IMG/VR virus record: IMGVR_UViG_2718218168_000001
Coordinates: 1-64,000 of that record
Direction: 5' to 3' (one strand)
DNA: 64,000 bases
Source of the DNA: a virus
Lineage: Duplodnaviria; Heunggongvirae; Uroviricota; Caudoviricetes
Part shown: in pieces, positions 1 through 10,323 of the stretch
Layout: each line of letters begins with the position of its first letter
Position numbering within the stretch: the stretch's first letter is position 1
The notes under the pieces: model-generated
Database searches by the model: none
What the model saw: only the letters and a program-made list of their open reading frames with translations
What the model was told of the DNA's origin: nothing
Made by a program: the position numbers and the translations under genes

Positions 1-117
1 CACTATCGTTATTTATAGCAAGCTGCGGATTTTAATTAACAAAAACCAGTATGTGTGGAAATCACAAAGTACATACCGTTCCCCAATGATGATTAACTAA
101 AAATTTGATAGGTTTTT

Positions 118-399
118 ATGCTTGACTTAACAATTTTATTTTTATCTATCTTTGGTGGAGTGCATTCGTTTCTGAATGGGGTTCGTGAAAAACGTTACGA
201 AGCGTCATGCAGACAATTGCTGGACGAGTGTATTTCCGCCGTACTTGCAGGCTTTATAGGCATGTATTTCGCGGAATATAAGGGTATGGATGAAAATCTT
301 CAGAATTGCGTGACTATTATTTGCAGCATCAATAACAGACTCATTCTTGAAAGGTTACAAAGGATTATCGATTCGTACCTCAATAGAATAGCCTCTTAA
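118..399 (+). CDS. small holin-like membrane protein (lysis cluster)
   Basis: 93 aa ORF with hydrophobic helices; begins MLD like the next ORF (paralog); sits upstream of the dar operon where P1 carries lyd lysis genes. Confidence 0.45.
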   Translation: MLDLTILFLSIFGGVHSFLNGVREKRYEASCRQLLDECISAVLAGFIGMYFAEYKGMDENLQNCVTIICSINNRLILERLQRIIDSYLNRIAS

Positions 400-466
400 G
401 CAACAAATGACCGGTTGAGAAGTTACTTTGCATACCATTACCTCCTGACAACGTAGGAGGGAACTT

Positions 467-796
467 GTGCTTGACACACAGGAATTAGCTCCAGTTGCTA
501 TTGCGCTCCTGCTTTCAGTAATTGGTGGGATAGGCACGTTCCTGATGGATGTCCGAGACGGTCGCCAGTCTGGCAATTTGTTGGGATTGGTTACGGAGAT
601 CTTTGTTGCAGTGACAGCTGGCGCGGTGGCGTACCTATTGGGGCAACACGAGGGCTGGGAGTTATCAATTACGTACTTAATGGTAACGATAGCCAGCAAT
701 AACGGTCATGAGGTGATTTCAGGGATGAAACGAGTGAATATCGATAGCATTCTGAATGTTCTTACAAGTTTGGTGAAAAAGGGAGGTGGGAAATGA
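467..796 (+). CDS. lydA: holin, LydA-like
   Basis: 109 aa with two or three predicted transmembrane helices and a charged C-terminal tail; position and size fit P1 LydA (symbol from memory). Confidence 0.5.
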   Translation: MLDTQELAPVAIALLLSVIGGIGTFLMDVRDGRQSGNLLGLVTEIFVAVTAGAVAYLLGQHEGWELSITYLMVTIASNNGHEVISGMKRVNIDSILNVLTSLVKKGGGK

Positions 797-1236
797 TTGG
801 CTGGGGTGTATGCGCTCTTGCGTTAGCCTTAGCCGATCGCTATTTGCTAAAACGCAAGGACATCACGCATTTAGAACTTGGTGATGTGGAAATTAAACCG
901 GGTTTCATCCGGGTGCCGTTCAAATACCGGTCTAAATTCCCGTTTTTGCGCGGCGCAACGGTCAGATATTGGATCCGCGATGTTCAGAAGCCGACGACAG
1001 TTATTGAAGGCGAACAACGTTGTCTGACGTCGGCTGAACAGGGCGAAAACAGTGAATGGTTGTACATACCCACTGAATATATGGGTAAAGGAGAGCGACT
1101 GTGGCATTTCAACGTCATGGTTACGCATGGCGACTCGTTCATTAACCCGTTGTATCGGATTTTCCCTGTTACTCAGCAAATCCGCAGAAGTTACGTAATA
1201 AATCTCGCACAGGATGTGTCAGATGACGAAAAATAA
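793..1236 (+). CDS. lydB: antiholin / holin inhibitor, LydB-like
   Basis: 147 aa ORF overlapping the holin stop by 4 nt (translational coupling); soluble protein; fits P1 LydB size. Confidence 0.5.
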   Translation: MIGWGVCALALALADRYLLKRKDITHLELGDVEIKPGFIRVPFKYRSKFPFLRGATVRYWIRDVQKPTTVIEGEQRCLTSAEQGENSEWLYIPTEYMGKGERLWHFNVMVTHGDSFINPLYRIFPVTQQIRRSYVINLAQDVSDDEK

Positions 1237-1825
1237 GTATGCAACGGTCGATTTTGACCAAGTTAATGAAAAGGGGCTGAAATCCCTTATCGCGGCGATC
1301 AATAAAACCGGGGTTACGGTAATTGAGGTTGACTCCAGCAACCGCGCAACAACGAAAGATGGCGTTAAAGTTAAAACCGCAAAGCTGGTTCTTAACGACG
1401 GACAAATTCTTGCCATACAGGTAAACGATACTGGCGATATATCGTCTGTGAAACTGAATGGAAAATCTATTCCTAACGCTCAGTCGCCGGATATCAAGAC
1501 GCTTGGTACCGTCATGGGACAGGCGGCCCGCAAAAACTCCGCAAAATTCCAGAAATCACTGATCGCCAAAGCGAAGCGTGTTGCCAATCCGGTAGACAAG
1601 AAACCGGCAGTTAAATCCAACTTTCAGCGCCTGCAAGAAGCAAAACAGCGGAATGCTCAGGTGGTTGCCGCTTATAAGTCCGCGCAGAATTCGGTGTCTT
1701 TCAATCAACAGCAGATCACTGATTTGCGGGCGAAGCTGGATAAGGAGACGGGCCGACTCAATAACGAAAAGGCACGGAATGGCGAACTCAAACGTCGTCT
1801 TAAGCAACTGAAAGCAGGAAATTAA
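1214..1825 (+). CDS. hdf: Hdf, DarA-homologous virion protein
   Basis: 203 aa; shares the KNSAKFQ motif and a coiled-coil tail with the following DarA ORF; first gene of the hdf-darA-ddrA-ddrB arrangement. Confidence 0.7.
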   Translation: MCQMTKNKYATVDFDQVNEKGLKSLIAAINKTGVTVIEVDSSNRATTKDGVKVKTAKLVLNDGQILAIQVNDTGDISSVKLNGKSIPNAQSPDIKTLGTVMGQAARKNSAKFQKSLIAKAKRVANPVDKKPAVKSNFQRLQEAKQRNAQVVAAYKSAQNSVSFNQQQITDLRAKLDKETGRLNNEKARNGELKRRLKQLKAGN

Positions 1826-1826
1826 C

Positions 1827-3746
1827 ATGGAACAGTTCAATATCAATAAAGGGGTGACGATCAAGCCTGGGCTAGACGTGCTTCCCCCGCCAGTGACTGA
1901 TGATGAATATCGCGCATTAATGGCCGGTGAGGACCGCTATCTGATGACGGAATCCAACACCCTGGAGGAAATCGAGGCTACGTTCTTCTATGACACGCCG
2001 ATCCACTGGTGTGCTACGGATTTACTGGAGGCGATTAGTTCTACTCGTTTGCAGTTACACCGGACCATGCAGGCATTTGTCCGGGCATTGAACCAGAAGC
2101 TGAATGGTACCGGAATCTCTGCGGGGAGTGATAAAACGGGGGATGTGGCCCAGAGCGGCGCGCGCGCGATCGGCGGCGCTGAAATTGGTCGGGCACGTAA
2201 CGTTAACGGACTGCCGGTCCTGCCAGCCATTATTCCGCTCAGTGATGGTCAGACTATCAGCATTCTGTTTCATAGCCCGACAGCGGAAAACCGGATCACC
2301 AATAGCGATACGCTGGTTGCTTTCCAGTTCTTACTGAATAAAAAAGACGTTACTCACACCGTTGCTCCGATGAGTGGACGTGATATGACGCTGGCGCAGG
2401 TCACTATGAAACTTGCCAACCTTGCAGAGAAAAACTCGGCAAAATTCCAGCGTGCGCAGAAGAAGAAAAAAGCCCTGGTTGATGAAATAACCCAACTACA
2501 GGCTGACAGTGACCAGAAAGAGGATGCCATGAGCGACCTCGCGGATCAGGTGGCAGCGGTAGAAGGGCAGAAGGCAGATCTGGAGCAGAAAATTAACGCT
2601 GTTGCATCGGAAGCGGATTCTCTTTATGAAGAGAATGAGCGTTTGCAGACGGAGATTGATCAGCTCAATCGCACTGGTGGGCGCGATACCATTGCTCCAG
2701 CGGGGATGACTGGTGGGCACTCTCGCGCGCTGACGGATCGCCTTGCCAGTATCAAAAATCGTATGCATATGAACGGGGAAGTGACGCTCAGTAATGGAGC
2801 ATCAATGAAGCAATTCATTGAGGACGGCGAAGGGTATATCCAGTTAACCGATTCGGATGGCAGCGTGTACATGATCAAGGCTAAATCCATACAGGGTGTG
2901 GACATGGCAGATGCGATCGGCAAGCTGTTTAAAGCCTATAAAGCGGGTAATGTATCGGAATATCTGGTCCAACCAGAAGAACATAAACCGGAAAACGTCG
3001 AACCTGAACCAGCGGAGGATACCGGTAGCTCTTCGCCTGAACCAGAAGTCTCTGTAGGTGCATATCGATATGCCTTGCAAATGCGTCCGGCGGCCCCTGG
3101 CGCAATACCTGAAGGTAACAAAGCAATTCTGCCGCGCCCTGATGAAGGTGACCCGTATTATGAATATGCACGCTACGGCATTGCTACTTACGATACCCCG
3201 CTTTCTGATCAGCAAATGAGTGAGTACGACCTGAAGTTATTGCCTCGCGAGGATTCTTTCGACTTCCTGGCGAAGACACTTACTAATGGTCCGTTTGGCA
3301 AATATGCACAAAAAGCTCTGGATCTGGCCACCAGCTCACCAGACGAGTTCCGCGTAATGCTGAAAACTCAGTTTCAAAAAACTTTCCCCAATATTGCGTT
3401 TCCGGGGGGCGCAGGCACCGAGAAAATGGTGCAGAGCATGATCAATGCATTGCAGGCCGAAGTCGGTGAGATTACTCAGCCAGAACCTGCCCCGGCACAG
3501 CCTGATGAAACGGTTAGCGAAGCAGATGCAGAGGCTAATAAAGCCATTGAATATCTCAATAACGTGATGGATATGCAAAGCACTGACATGGCGGAGATCC
3601 GTAACGCCCGGGGTAATGTCCGGGAAGCGATTGCAGCCCTTCAGGCTGCCGGGCGTTTTGAGGAAAACGAAGAGCTGGTTAATGGCGCTGCTCGCCACCT
3701 GGCTGATCTGCTGGTAGCAATCCAGAAAGCGGGGGTAGCGGCATGA
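1827..3746 (+). CDS. darA: DarA antirestriction capsid protein
   Basis: 639 aa, matching the size I recall for P1 DarA; coiled-coil centre; operon context with hdf/ddrA/ddrB and darB nearby. Confidence 0.85.
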   Translation: MEQFNINKGVTIKPGLDVLPPPVTDDEYRALMAGEDRYLMTESNTLEEIEATFFYDTPIHWCATDLLEAISSTRLQLHRTMQAFVRALNQKLNGTGISAGSDKTGDVAQSGARAIGGAEIGRARNVNGLPVLPAIIPLSDGQTISILFHSPTAENRITNSDTLVAFQFLLNKKDVTHTVAPMSGRDMTLAQVTMKLANLAEKNSAKFQRAQKKKKALVDEITQLQADSDQKEDAMSDLADQVAAVEGQKADLEQKINAVASEADSLYEENERLQTEIDQLNRTGGRDTIAPAGMTGGHSRALTDRLASIKNRMHMNGEVTLSNGASMKQFIEDGEGYIQLTDSDGSVYMIKAKSIQGVDMADAIGKLFKAYKAGNVSEYLVQPEEHKPENVEPEPAEDTGSSSPEPEVSVGAYRYALQMRPAAPGAIPEGNKAILPRPDEGDPYYEYARYGIATYDTPLSDQQMSEYDLKLLPREDSFDFLAKTLTNGPFGKYAQKALDLATSSPDEFRVMLKTQFQKTFPNIAFPGGAGTEKMVQSMINALQAEVGEITQPEPAPAQPDETVSEADAEANKAIEYLNNVMDMQSTDMAEIRNARGNVREAIAALQAAGRFEENEELVNGAARHLADLLVAIQKAGVAA

Positions 3747-4108
3747 CACTATCAGCTATTGAGTTAATGGATCTCAGCGATAAGTTGGATGCTCTGATGT
3801 CCAAAGCGGCTACCGCGAGTGGCATGGAGTTGCTGGATATCAGCGATGAAATTGACCAGATCATGCAACAGATGGGGTACGGTGTGTCCGGCGGCAGTAG
3901 TGGCGAGGAAAAACAACCTGCGGTACATGATGGTGTGCCAAAACTAGTTGCTGATTTCCTGGCTGATAAATTCGTCGATCAGAGCACCGATGCATTTATC
4001 GGTACCTTGCAGGATTTGAGTCAATATGTTGGCACATACATCGACCTGGACCAGGTTAAACAGCACACGGCGGCATGGATAGCCGCCAACATTAAAGAGG
4101 CAGCATAA
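3743..4108 (+). CDS. ddrA: DdrA-like dar operon protein
   Basis: 121 aa acidic ORF overlapping the darA stop (ATGA); position as in the P1 dar operon. Confidence 0.6.
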   Translation: MTLSAIELMDLSDKLDALMSKAATASGMELLDISDEIDQIMQQMGYGVSGGSSGEEKQPAVHDGVPKLVADFLADKFVDQSTDAFIGTLQDLSQYVGTYIDLDQVKQHTAAWIAANIKEAA

Positions 4109-4120
4109 GGCGTAACAGGG

Positions 4121-7108
4121 ATGAGCTTAAGCGATCAGGTGGTAATGGCCACCAGCATAGAAACGCTGATCGAGCTGCTAAAGAACCTGCCCGATTATGG
4201 GCGGGTTTCGTATGTGGTGACAGCGAAGGGAGACGAGGTAAAAACAGCGTTTGATATCGTCGATGCCTCAGTTCTTTTGGTATCCAATACTCTGGATGGG
4301 AAAATTAATCCAGACTATCCCCAGGAACTTCAGCCGCGCGACCGGACCCGCGCATCCAGCCTTCTTCAGGTCAACCAGATATCCAAGGATTTGCGTCCTG
4401 CCCAGCTTACCGATTCCGGTTTATCCAGCCATGGCGCGCCAATAATTGGTGAGGACAATGCCGTTGAGTCAGGTAATGGGCGGACCATGGGGATCATTAA
4501 AGCCTATCAGGACGGTAATGCGGATCGGTATCGGGAGTACCTGATTGAACATGCGACCGAATTCGGCATACGGCCTGAAAAGGTTGAATCAATGACGGCT
4601 CCGGTACTGGTGCGCCGCCGGTTAACTAAGGTTGACCGCGTTCAGTTTGCCAAGGACTCAAATATTTCTGATCTTCAGGAAATGGCAGCCAGTGAAAAGG
4701 CTTTTGTTGATGCCGACAGCATAACACCGGCGATGATGGCGCTTTTTAACCCGTCAGAAAGCGGAGATCTGCTTAGCCGCAGTAATGACGCGTTTATTCG
4801 CGGATTTATGACGCAAGTTGGTGCCACACAGGCGGCTGGCCTTGTAACTGAAGATGGGCGACCAACACGGCAACTTGTAGACCGTATACAAAACGCGATC
4901 TTTGCCAAGGCATATAAGAATGCGCGCCTGGTAAGGATGGTTGCAGAAGAACCTGATCCGGACATGCGTAATGTTCTGACGGCGCTTAATGCGGCAGCCA
5001 ATGATTTTGTCCAGATGCAGGCTTTATCAGGAGAAGCGCACAAGCAGGCTGTGACAACTATTGTTGATGGCATTGAGACAGCGGATAGCCTCGATAAAAA
5101 GGCGCTGGCGGCATTGAAAGATGCGGTAGACCTGGTAAGGCAATCGAAGGAGTCAGGCCAGCATATTACCGATGTTATTGCTCAGGGGGATATGTTCAGC
5201 GAAACGGCCCCGGAAGTGAAAGCACTCGCGTTGTTCATCGTCGCGAATAACCGTAGCGCGAAGCGTATGGCCTCCGCCTTTAAGTTGATGGCTCAACGTA
5301 TCAATGATGAGTTACAGCACCAGGGCCAGGCGCTGGGGGATATGTTTGGCGGTGGTGATGTGTCGTTACAGGATATCCTTCGCCAGGTGTCTCAGGAACT
5401 GGAAAACGAAGGCATGCAAGGGATATCCGGCGGTCTTTTCGAGTCCGTTTCCGGCGGTAGTTACAATGGTGTTGCTCCATATACCAGTTTGCTATTACAT
5501 CGGGCATCCGGCATCAAAGACATTATTCATCTGATCAGGCTGCTTTCCCGTACAGATCCCCAGGATGAACAGCTTGTACAAGTGCTTGCGCATTTTGTTC
5601 GAATGCCTGTTGCCGACGTGAAAAAATGGTGCCGATTATTCGGTATCAGCAATTCGTTACTTCGCGGCTTGTTAAATCACGCATCCTCCCTTGGGCGCGA
5701 TGGCTTTGACGAGATAGCGCAGGCGATAAAAAACGGAGATATGCCACCAGCTATTGACTGGTTTTCCATTCGCCCAACCAGGGTGAAAGCATTCCTTAGC
5801 GCGGCGCATTCGGCATCACCATTGGCAGAAATGGTTCAGAAGTTGTCGCTCATATTCACAGACCATACCGCGTTGGGTGATTTGACTCTGGACGAGATGA
5901 AAGAAGCCTCCATTCAGTGGGCCGATCAACAAAATGAGGTTAACTCTGACTTCTTGCCAGCATTCAGGAAGGCCGTTAGTAAAGCTGATGATGCCCGTGG
6001 AATTCTGAGGGCATTTAAGGCATTGCAAAGTCAGGTTAATAAACATGTCGGTGATATCGATGGGGTAACGGCGGAAGGCAGGGATATCCTTAAAGAGCAC
6101 GGCATAACGCCAGAGTTTATTGATGAGATCAGGACTGATATGCAGCGTGAGGTCGTATCGTCCCTGCAAATCGTAGCCAGAGCGTTGGCGGATGCTAATC
6201 CGAAGAGTGCGGCCATTGTTAACCGTGTTATTGGTGATATTGAAGCATCGGAGGGCATGGGGGCGCTGAAACTCTTCCTTTCGCGAGCGTTTAATCCTAA
6301 CGGCAATATTCTCCCCGGCATTATTGGTGAGGCTAAAAAGTATGTCAGCGAAGAAGAACTTGAGCATCTTGACCAACTACTTAAGCGATTCTCATATAAC
6401 CCGCAGACACGCTGGCAAATGAATCAGCAAAGTATGGGTTCGGTCCACGAGAAAGTGTTATCTGCCATGAACAGTGCGATCGCAAACTCATCCGTATCTG
6501 AAGAAAAAGCTCTTGAGTGGGCCGACTCTTTTATCACGGAAGAAGTGGAAGAAGCCCGCGCTGGACAGAATGGTGGGATAGACCTGCGCAAGGAACTTGC
6601 TGATATTTATCGCCTGACCGGCGGTAAAATTTCGACCTTATCAAAGGTGGTTCACCACCAGGGAAGGGCATATGCAAATCTTAATGGTGTTGTTGCTGTC
6701 AATTTGAACGATGAAAATGCAAGTGCACTGTGGCACGAGCTGGGTCATCATCTTGAGTACAGTAACCCTGGTTTGTTAGAGAAAGCCCGGTCATTCCTGA
6801 AGGCCAATGTTGAAGGGGATAAGCCATCTTTCGTTAATATCGGTGGGCGTGGCAAGCCTGAATGGTGCTTCAGATCTCGATTGAGTAATATTTATATGGC
6901 GAAGGTATACCCGCCAGCCTCAGTAAGTAACACCGGGAAAATTCGGCAGAAATCACCGACTATTTCCAAAACGTCAGCAACGGAAGTATTCTCTATGGCT
7001 CTTCAGTTGTATCATGACAAAGAGGCCGCTGCCGCATCACTGATGAATGGTGACGGATTGCTGGAACTGTTATTAGGTGTGGCAAAGGAGCTAAATAATG
7101 CAGATTAA
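4121..7108 (+). CDS. ddrB: DdrB-like large dar operon protein
   Basis: 995 aa ORF directly after ddrA; contains an HExxH-like motif (HELGHH) near the C-terminus; position as in the P1 dar operon. Confidence 0.65.
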   Translation: MSLSDQVVMATSIETLIELLKNLPDYGRVSYVVTAKGDEVKTAFDIVDASVLLVSNTLDGKINPDYPQELQPRDRTRASSLLQVNQISKDLRPAQLTDSGLSSHGAPIIGEDNAVESGNGRTMGIIKAYQDGNADRYREYLIEHATEFGIRPEKVESMTAPVLVRRRLTKVDRVQFAKDSNISDLQEMAASEKAFVDADSITPAMMALFNPSESGDLLSRSNDAFIRGFMTQVGATQAAGLVTEDGRPTRQLVDRIQNAIFAKAYKNARLVRMVAEEPDPDMRNVLTALNAAANDFVQMQALSGEAHKQAVTTIVDGIETADSLDKKALAALKDAVDLVRQSKESGQHITDVIAQGDMFSETAPEVKALALFIVANNRSAKRMASAFKLMAQRINDELQHQGQALGDMFGGGDVSLQDILRQVSQELENEGMQGISGGLFESVSGGSYNGVAPYTSLLLHRASGIKDIIHLIRLLSRTDPQDEQLVQVLAHFVRMPVADVKKWCRLFGISNSLLRGLLNHASSLGRDGFDEIAQAIKNGDMPPAIDWFSIRPTRVKAFLSAAHSASPLAEMVQKLSLIFTDHTALGDLTLDEMKEASIQWADQQNEVNSDFLPAFRKAVSKADDARGILRAFKALQSQVNKHVGDIDGVTAEGRDILKEHGITPEFIDEIRTDMQREVVSSLQIVARALADANPKSAAIVNRVIGDIEASEGMGALKLFLSRAFNPNGNILPGIIGEAKKYVSEEELEHLDQLLKRFSYNPQTRWQMNQQSMGSVHEKVLSAMNSAIANSSVSEEKALEWADSFITEEVEEARAGQNGGIDLRKELADIYRLTGGKISTLSKVVHHQGRAYANLNGVVAVNLNDENASALWHELGHHLEYSNPGLLEKARSFLKANVEGDKPSFVNIGGRGKPEWCFRSRLSNIYMAKVYPPASVSNTGKIRQKSPTISKTSATEVFSMALQLYHDKEAAAASLMNGDGLLELLLGVAKELNNAD

Positions 7109-7409
7109 AATCGCAGCGCCATTAGGCGGAGATGCCATTATCGAATTTGATGATAATGAAGAAGTTTCCGGGCGTTTAAGCATTATCTCCGGTGACATTA
7201 CCGAGGACATGATCGCTGAAGCCATAGCTGGGGCAAATCCCAATAGCTATATGGGATTCGTTAACACCCTTGATGCTCCCGCAAGTGATGTTCTCCGAAC
7301 GCTGCATCTTTACGCTGGCTGGTTTGTTGATTGGCCAGCAGTAGATGGTGGCGATGAGGACGACGACGACGATGATTTTGGTGATCATGTAGACCAGATC
7401 GTATATTGA
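7098..7409 (+). CDS. small acidic protein at the end of the dar operon
   Basis: 103 aa ORF overlapping the ddrB stop; C-terminal poly-Asp/Glu run; followed by an intrinsic terminator. Confidence 0.5.
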   Translation: MQIKIAAPLGGDAIIEFDDNEEVSGRLSIISGDITEDMIAEAIAGANPNSYMGFVNTLDAPASDVLRTLHLYAGWFVDWPAVDGGDEDDDDDDFGDHVDQIVY

Positions 7410-7411
7410 AG

Positions 7412-7440
7412 AAATCCCGCCGATTGGCGGGATTTTTTTA
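7412..7440. terminator. bidirectional rho-independent terminator
   Basis: perfect hairpin aaatcccgccgattggcgggattt followed by a T-run, between convergent ORFs. Confidence 0.8.
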
Positions 7441-8226
7441 ATCGCTTTCCACTTCTTCCGTGGTGTTTTCTTGCAGTTCTGTTAATGCAGCACGACATAG
7501 GTTCCGGGCATTGGCTATAGCCACACTTTTGACTTCATCCGTCATCGTGCAGGTAATGTACTGATCGAGTTCTTCAGCGCGGATGATGCTTTTGCCAATC
7601 AGAAACTGTATTTGCCAGAGCAGATCGGCATCCATAATCAGAATTTCTGCCGGGCCTTCAGGGCCAGCCGGGAAGGAAACATAAGACTGTTTGCCCAGGC
7701 CGATAACTCGACAACTTGCTTCAAGAATTGCGCGCTTGAGGTCTGACTTTGTAACGGAAACAGGTTGGTTTTCACCAGTGATTATGCCGTTGACATGGAA
7801 ATGGAAGGGCATGTAGCTTGAAATACGCTCTACTTTCCACACGCCAGCAAGCGATCCTTCATGCAGCACAATGGGGGTAACCGCGAGTTTCATCTCACCA
7901 TATAACTGCTGGCAGATAGCTGGATTGCTGAATACATCCAAAGGTTCACACTCAAACAGCGGCGCAATCTGCATGAGGTCCATCATGGTCATACCAGGGG
8001 TACGAGCAGTAATGAATCTGCGCATGCCAGTATCCATTGTGCGCCAGATAGCTACACCATGCTTTTTGCTCACTTCTTCAGTAAAGCCAAGGTGGCACAT
8101 GATGGTTTTTTCGATAGCCAGATCAGAGATCGAAACCTTTTCGCCAGGCACACCATCATTATTGATGGTCACTTCGACACTCTGACCATTACGCAGGCGG
8201 TATTGAATTGCTTTAGTATTTTCCAC
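7438..8226 (-). CDS. hypothetical protein (isaB-position ORF)
   Basis: 262 aa ORF with no recognised motif; contiguous with the isaA-like ORF. Confidence 0.5.
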   Translation of the reverse strand: MENTKAIQYRLRNGQSVEVTINNDGVPGEKVSISDLAIEKTIMCHLGFTEEVSKKHGVAIWRTMDTGMRRFITARTPGMTMMDLMQIAPLFECEPLDVFSNPAICQQLYGEMKLAVTPIVLHEGSLAGVWKVERISSYMPFHFHVNGIITGENQPVSVTKSDLKRAILEASCRVIGLGKQSYVSFPAGPEGPAEILIMDADLLWQIQFLIGKSIIRAEELDQYITCTMTDEVKSVAIANARNLCRAALTELQENTTEEVESD

Positions 8227-8232
8227 GTTAAA

Positions 8233-8910
8233 TCACTCCACTACAAACCAGTCACATGCCAGTAAGTCGCCTACAGAAGGAACCCACGGAACAACTACAC
8301 CTTGTGCATTTTTTAAGGCGAAATAAGCACCATACGGAACGAGGTCGCCGGGGAAATATCCCTTAATGGCTTCCATTCGTGCCGGGTACTGTCCTTCAGG
8401 AACCAGCCAGCAGAATTGGTTTTCGCCGTTCCACCCGCGTCGAGCAACTTTCTTGCCATCCTTCAGCCACATCAGCGCGTCAGAAAAGTCGGCTGCTTCA
8501 AGGTCGATTTCTTCTTGTAGAGTAGCGATACCGCCAGCAGAAATAGTTACGTCCCTGGCTGTAATGAATGTCACCCCATTGTGACCTTCAATGCTGAGCG
8601 ATACCCCATTTTCGAAGAAGTCGTTAGTCCGACTAAAGCCTTCTTCAAATGTTTTTTCTGGTGAATAGGACAGAGAACCGTCCTCATAAGCGACCAGATA
8701 TCCGCCAATTTCTGGTCGGTGTTTTTGCAAAAACATTTTATCAACATGGACTTTTACCCCTTCTGGCTCAACGACTTCGATGTTGCAAAGAAGGACCACA
8801 TCCATTAGGGCGATAATTTCGATATCTTTGATTTTTGAGGCGCGAACTGTTTTATGGCTTTTGTATTTTGGAAGTGCCGTAAAAAGCTCTTTCGTTGTCA
8901 TGTTATTCAT
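8233..8910 (-). CDS. IsaA-like protein with C-terminal DUF2829 (Tad2-like) domain
   Basis: start placed at the internal Met (MNNMTTKELF); the six-frame ORF extends to 9078. C-terminal 80 aa (LMWLKDGKKVARRGWNGENQFCWLVPEG...WVPSVGDLLACDWFVVE) resembles the DUF2829 fold as I recall it. Confidence 0.5.
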   Translation of the reverse strand: MNNMTTKELFTALPKYKSHKTVRASKIKDIEIIALMDVVLLCNIEVVEPEGVKVHVDKMFLQKHRPEIGGYLVAYEDGSLSYSPEKTFEEGFSRTNDFFENGVSLSIEGHNGVTFITARDVTISAGGIATLQEEIDLEAADFSDALMWLKDGKKVARRGWNGENQFCWLVPEGQYPARMEAIKGYFPGDLVPYGAYFALKNAQGVVVPWVPSVGDLLACDWFVVE

Positions 8911-9107
8911 AGTCTTTCCTCTGCTTAAAACCTGATGTATTGCGCCTTCAGGTGGGTCAGGAATGTTTTCCCACCAGCGAAAGCAATATCTCGGGGTGTT
9001 CTTTTCGTGAAAAGCGCGTGCCATTGCCAACTTTGGCGTTTGTTTGCGAGTTCGTGCTTTTGTCGGCGTCTGGACCACCGCTTTTCTTTCAGTCGTTTTT
9101 TACACAT

Positions 9108-9596
9108 TCAAAACGGAATATCGTCGTCAAAGTCCATTGGAGGTTCGTTATTGGCGTTGCTCTGAGGTTTACCGCCACCACTGTATTGCTGGTGGTTTTG
9201 AGGTTGGTTTGATTGCCCCCAGCCATTTGAGGACTGTGAATCGTCACGGCGAGCGCCGATCATTTGCATGGTGCCGCCCTGGCTGACGATAATTTCCGTC
9301 GTGTAACGTTCTACACCGGCGTCATCTGTCCACTTACGGGTTTTAAGTTTCCCTTCGATGTAGACCTGAGAACCTTTTCGTAAATACTCACTCGCAATTT
9401 CAGCAAGTTTCCCGAACAAAACGACTTTATGCCATTCTGTTTGCTCTTTCTGTTGGCCCGTTTGCTTGTCGCGCCATGATTCATTCGTTGCGATGCTTAG
9501 TCTTCCGACCGAGCCGCCATTTGGTATATACCTGATCTCCGGGTCTTGCCCCAGGGTACCAATCAGGATGACTTTGTTTACACCGCGTTGTGCCAC
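9108..9596 (-). CDS. ssb: single-stranded DNA-binding protein
   Basis: 162 aa; OB-fold N-terminus, Gly/Gln-rich linker and the acidic tail DFDDDIPF typical of SSB. Confidence 0.92.
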   Translation of the reverse strand: MAQRGVNKVILIGTLGQDPEIRYIPNGGSVGRLSIATNESWRDKQTGQQKEQTEWHKVVLFGKLAEIASEYLRKGSQVYIEGKLKTRKWTDDAGVERYTTEIIVSQGGTMQMIGARRDDSQSSNGWGQSNQPQNHQQYSGGGKPQSNANNEPPMDFDDDIPF

Positions 9597-9615
9597 TTAT
9601 CTTACCTAATAAAAT

Positions 9616-9632
9616 AAATTAATTAGAGCAAT
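9616..9632 (-). promoter_or_regulatory. C1 operator (ssb/lyz intergenic)
   Basis: aaattaattagagcaat, 16/17 match to the reverse complement of ATTGCTCTAATAAATTT; 20 bp upstream of the ssb start. Confidence 0.7.
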
Positions 9633-9765
9633 AATGTATATCTTTGAAACGTAGCTAACAAGTGATTTTCATTATCCTGTGCCTTCTAAAGGGATCGATT
9701 CAGTCGGTATTGGCTGTGAATGGGTGTTTGTCCTGGAGCGTAAAAAATTCGCTTATGAGGTCTTT

Positions 9766-10323
9766 ATGAAGGGAAAAACAGCCGCAGGAGGCGGTGCAAT
9801 TTGCGCTATCGCGGTGATGATTACCATCGTGATGGGTAATGGCAATGTGCGAACCAACCAGGCGGGGCTTGAGCTTATCGGAAACGCTGAAGGTTGCCGA
9901 CGTGATCCATACAAGTGCCCGGCGGGTGTATGGACTGACGGGATTGGTAATACACACGGGGTAACGCCTGGCGTGCGAAAAACCGACCAGCAAATCGCCG
10001 CTGATTGGGAAAAGAATATCCTGATCGCTGAACGCTGTATTAACCAGCACTTCCGGGGCAAAGACATGCCCGATAATGCCTTCAGCGCAATGACAAGCGC
10101 GGCATTCAATATGGGATGCAATAGTTTACGGACCTACTACAGCAAAGCGCGAGGCATGCGAGTCGAAACGTCCATCCACAAGTGGGCGCAGAAAGGGGAA
10201 TGGGTGAATATGTGTAACCATCTCCCTGATTTTGTGAACAGTAACGGCGTCCCCCTGCCCGGGTTAAAGATTCGCCGCGAAGAAGAACGCCAGCTTTGCC
10301 TGACGGGGCTTGTCAATGAATAA
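9766..10323 (+). CDS. lyz: SAR endolysin (lysozyme)
   Basis: 185 aa from MKGKTAAGGGAICAIAVMITIV (Gly/Ala-rich signal-anchor-release helix) followed by a T4-lysozyme-like domain; start at the internal ATG of the longer six-frame ORF. Confidence 0.9.
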   Translation: MKGKTAAGGGAICAIAVMITIVMGNGNVRTNQAGLELIGNAEGCRRDPYKCPAGVWTDGIGNTHGVTPGVRKTDQQIAADWEKNILIAERCINQHFRGKDMPDNAFSAMTSAAFNMGCNSLRTYYSKARGMRVETSIHKWAQKGEWVNMCNHLPDFVNSNGVPLPGLKIRREEERQLCLTGLVNE

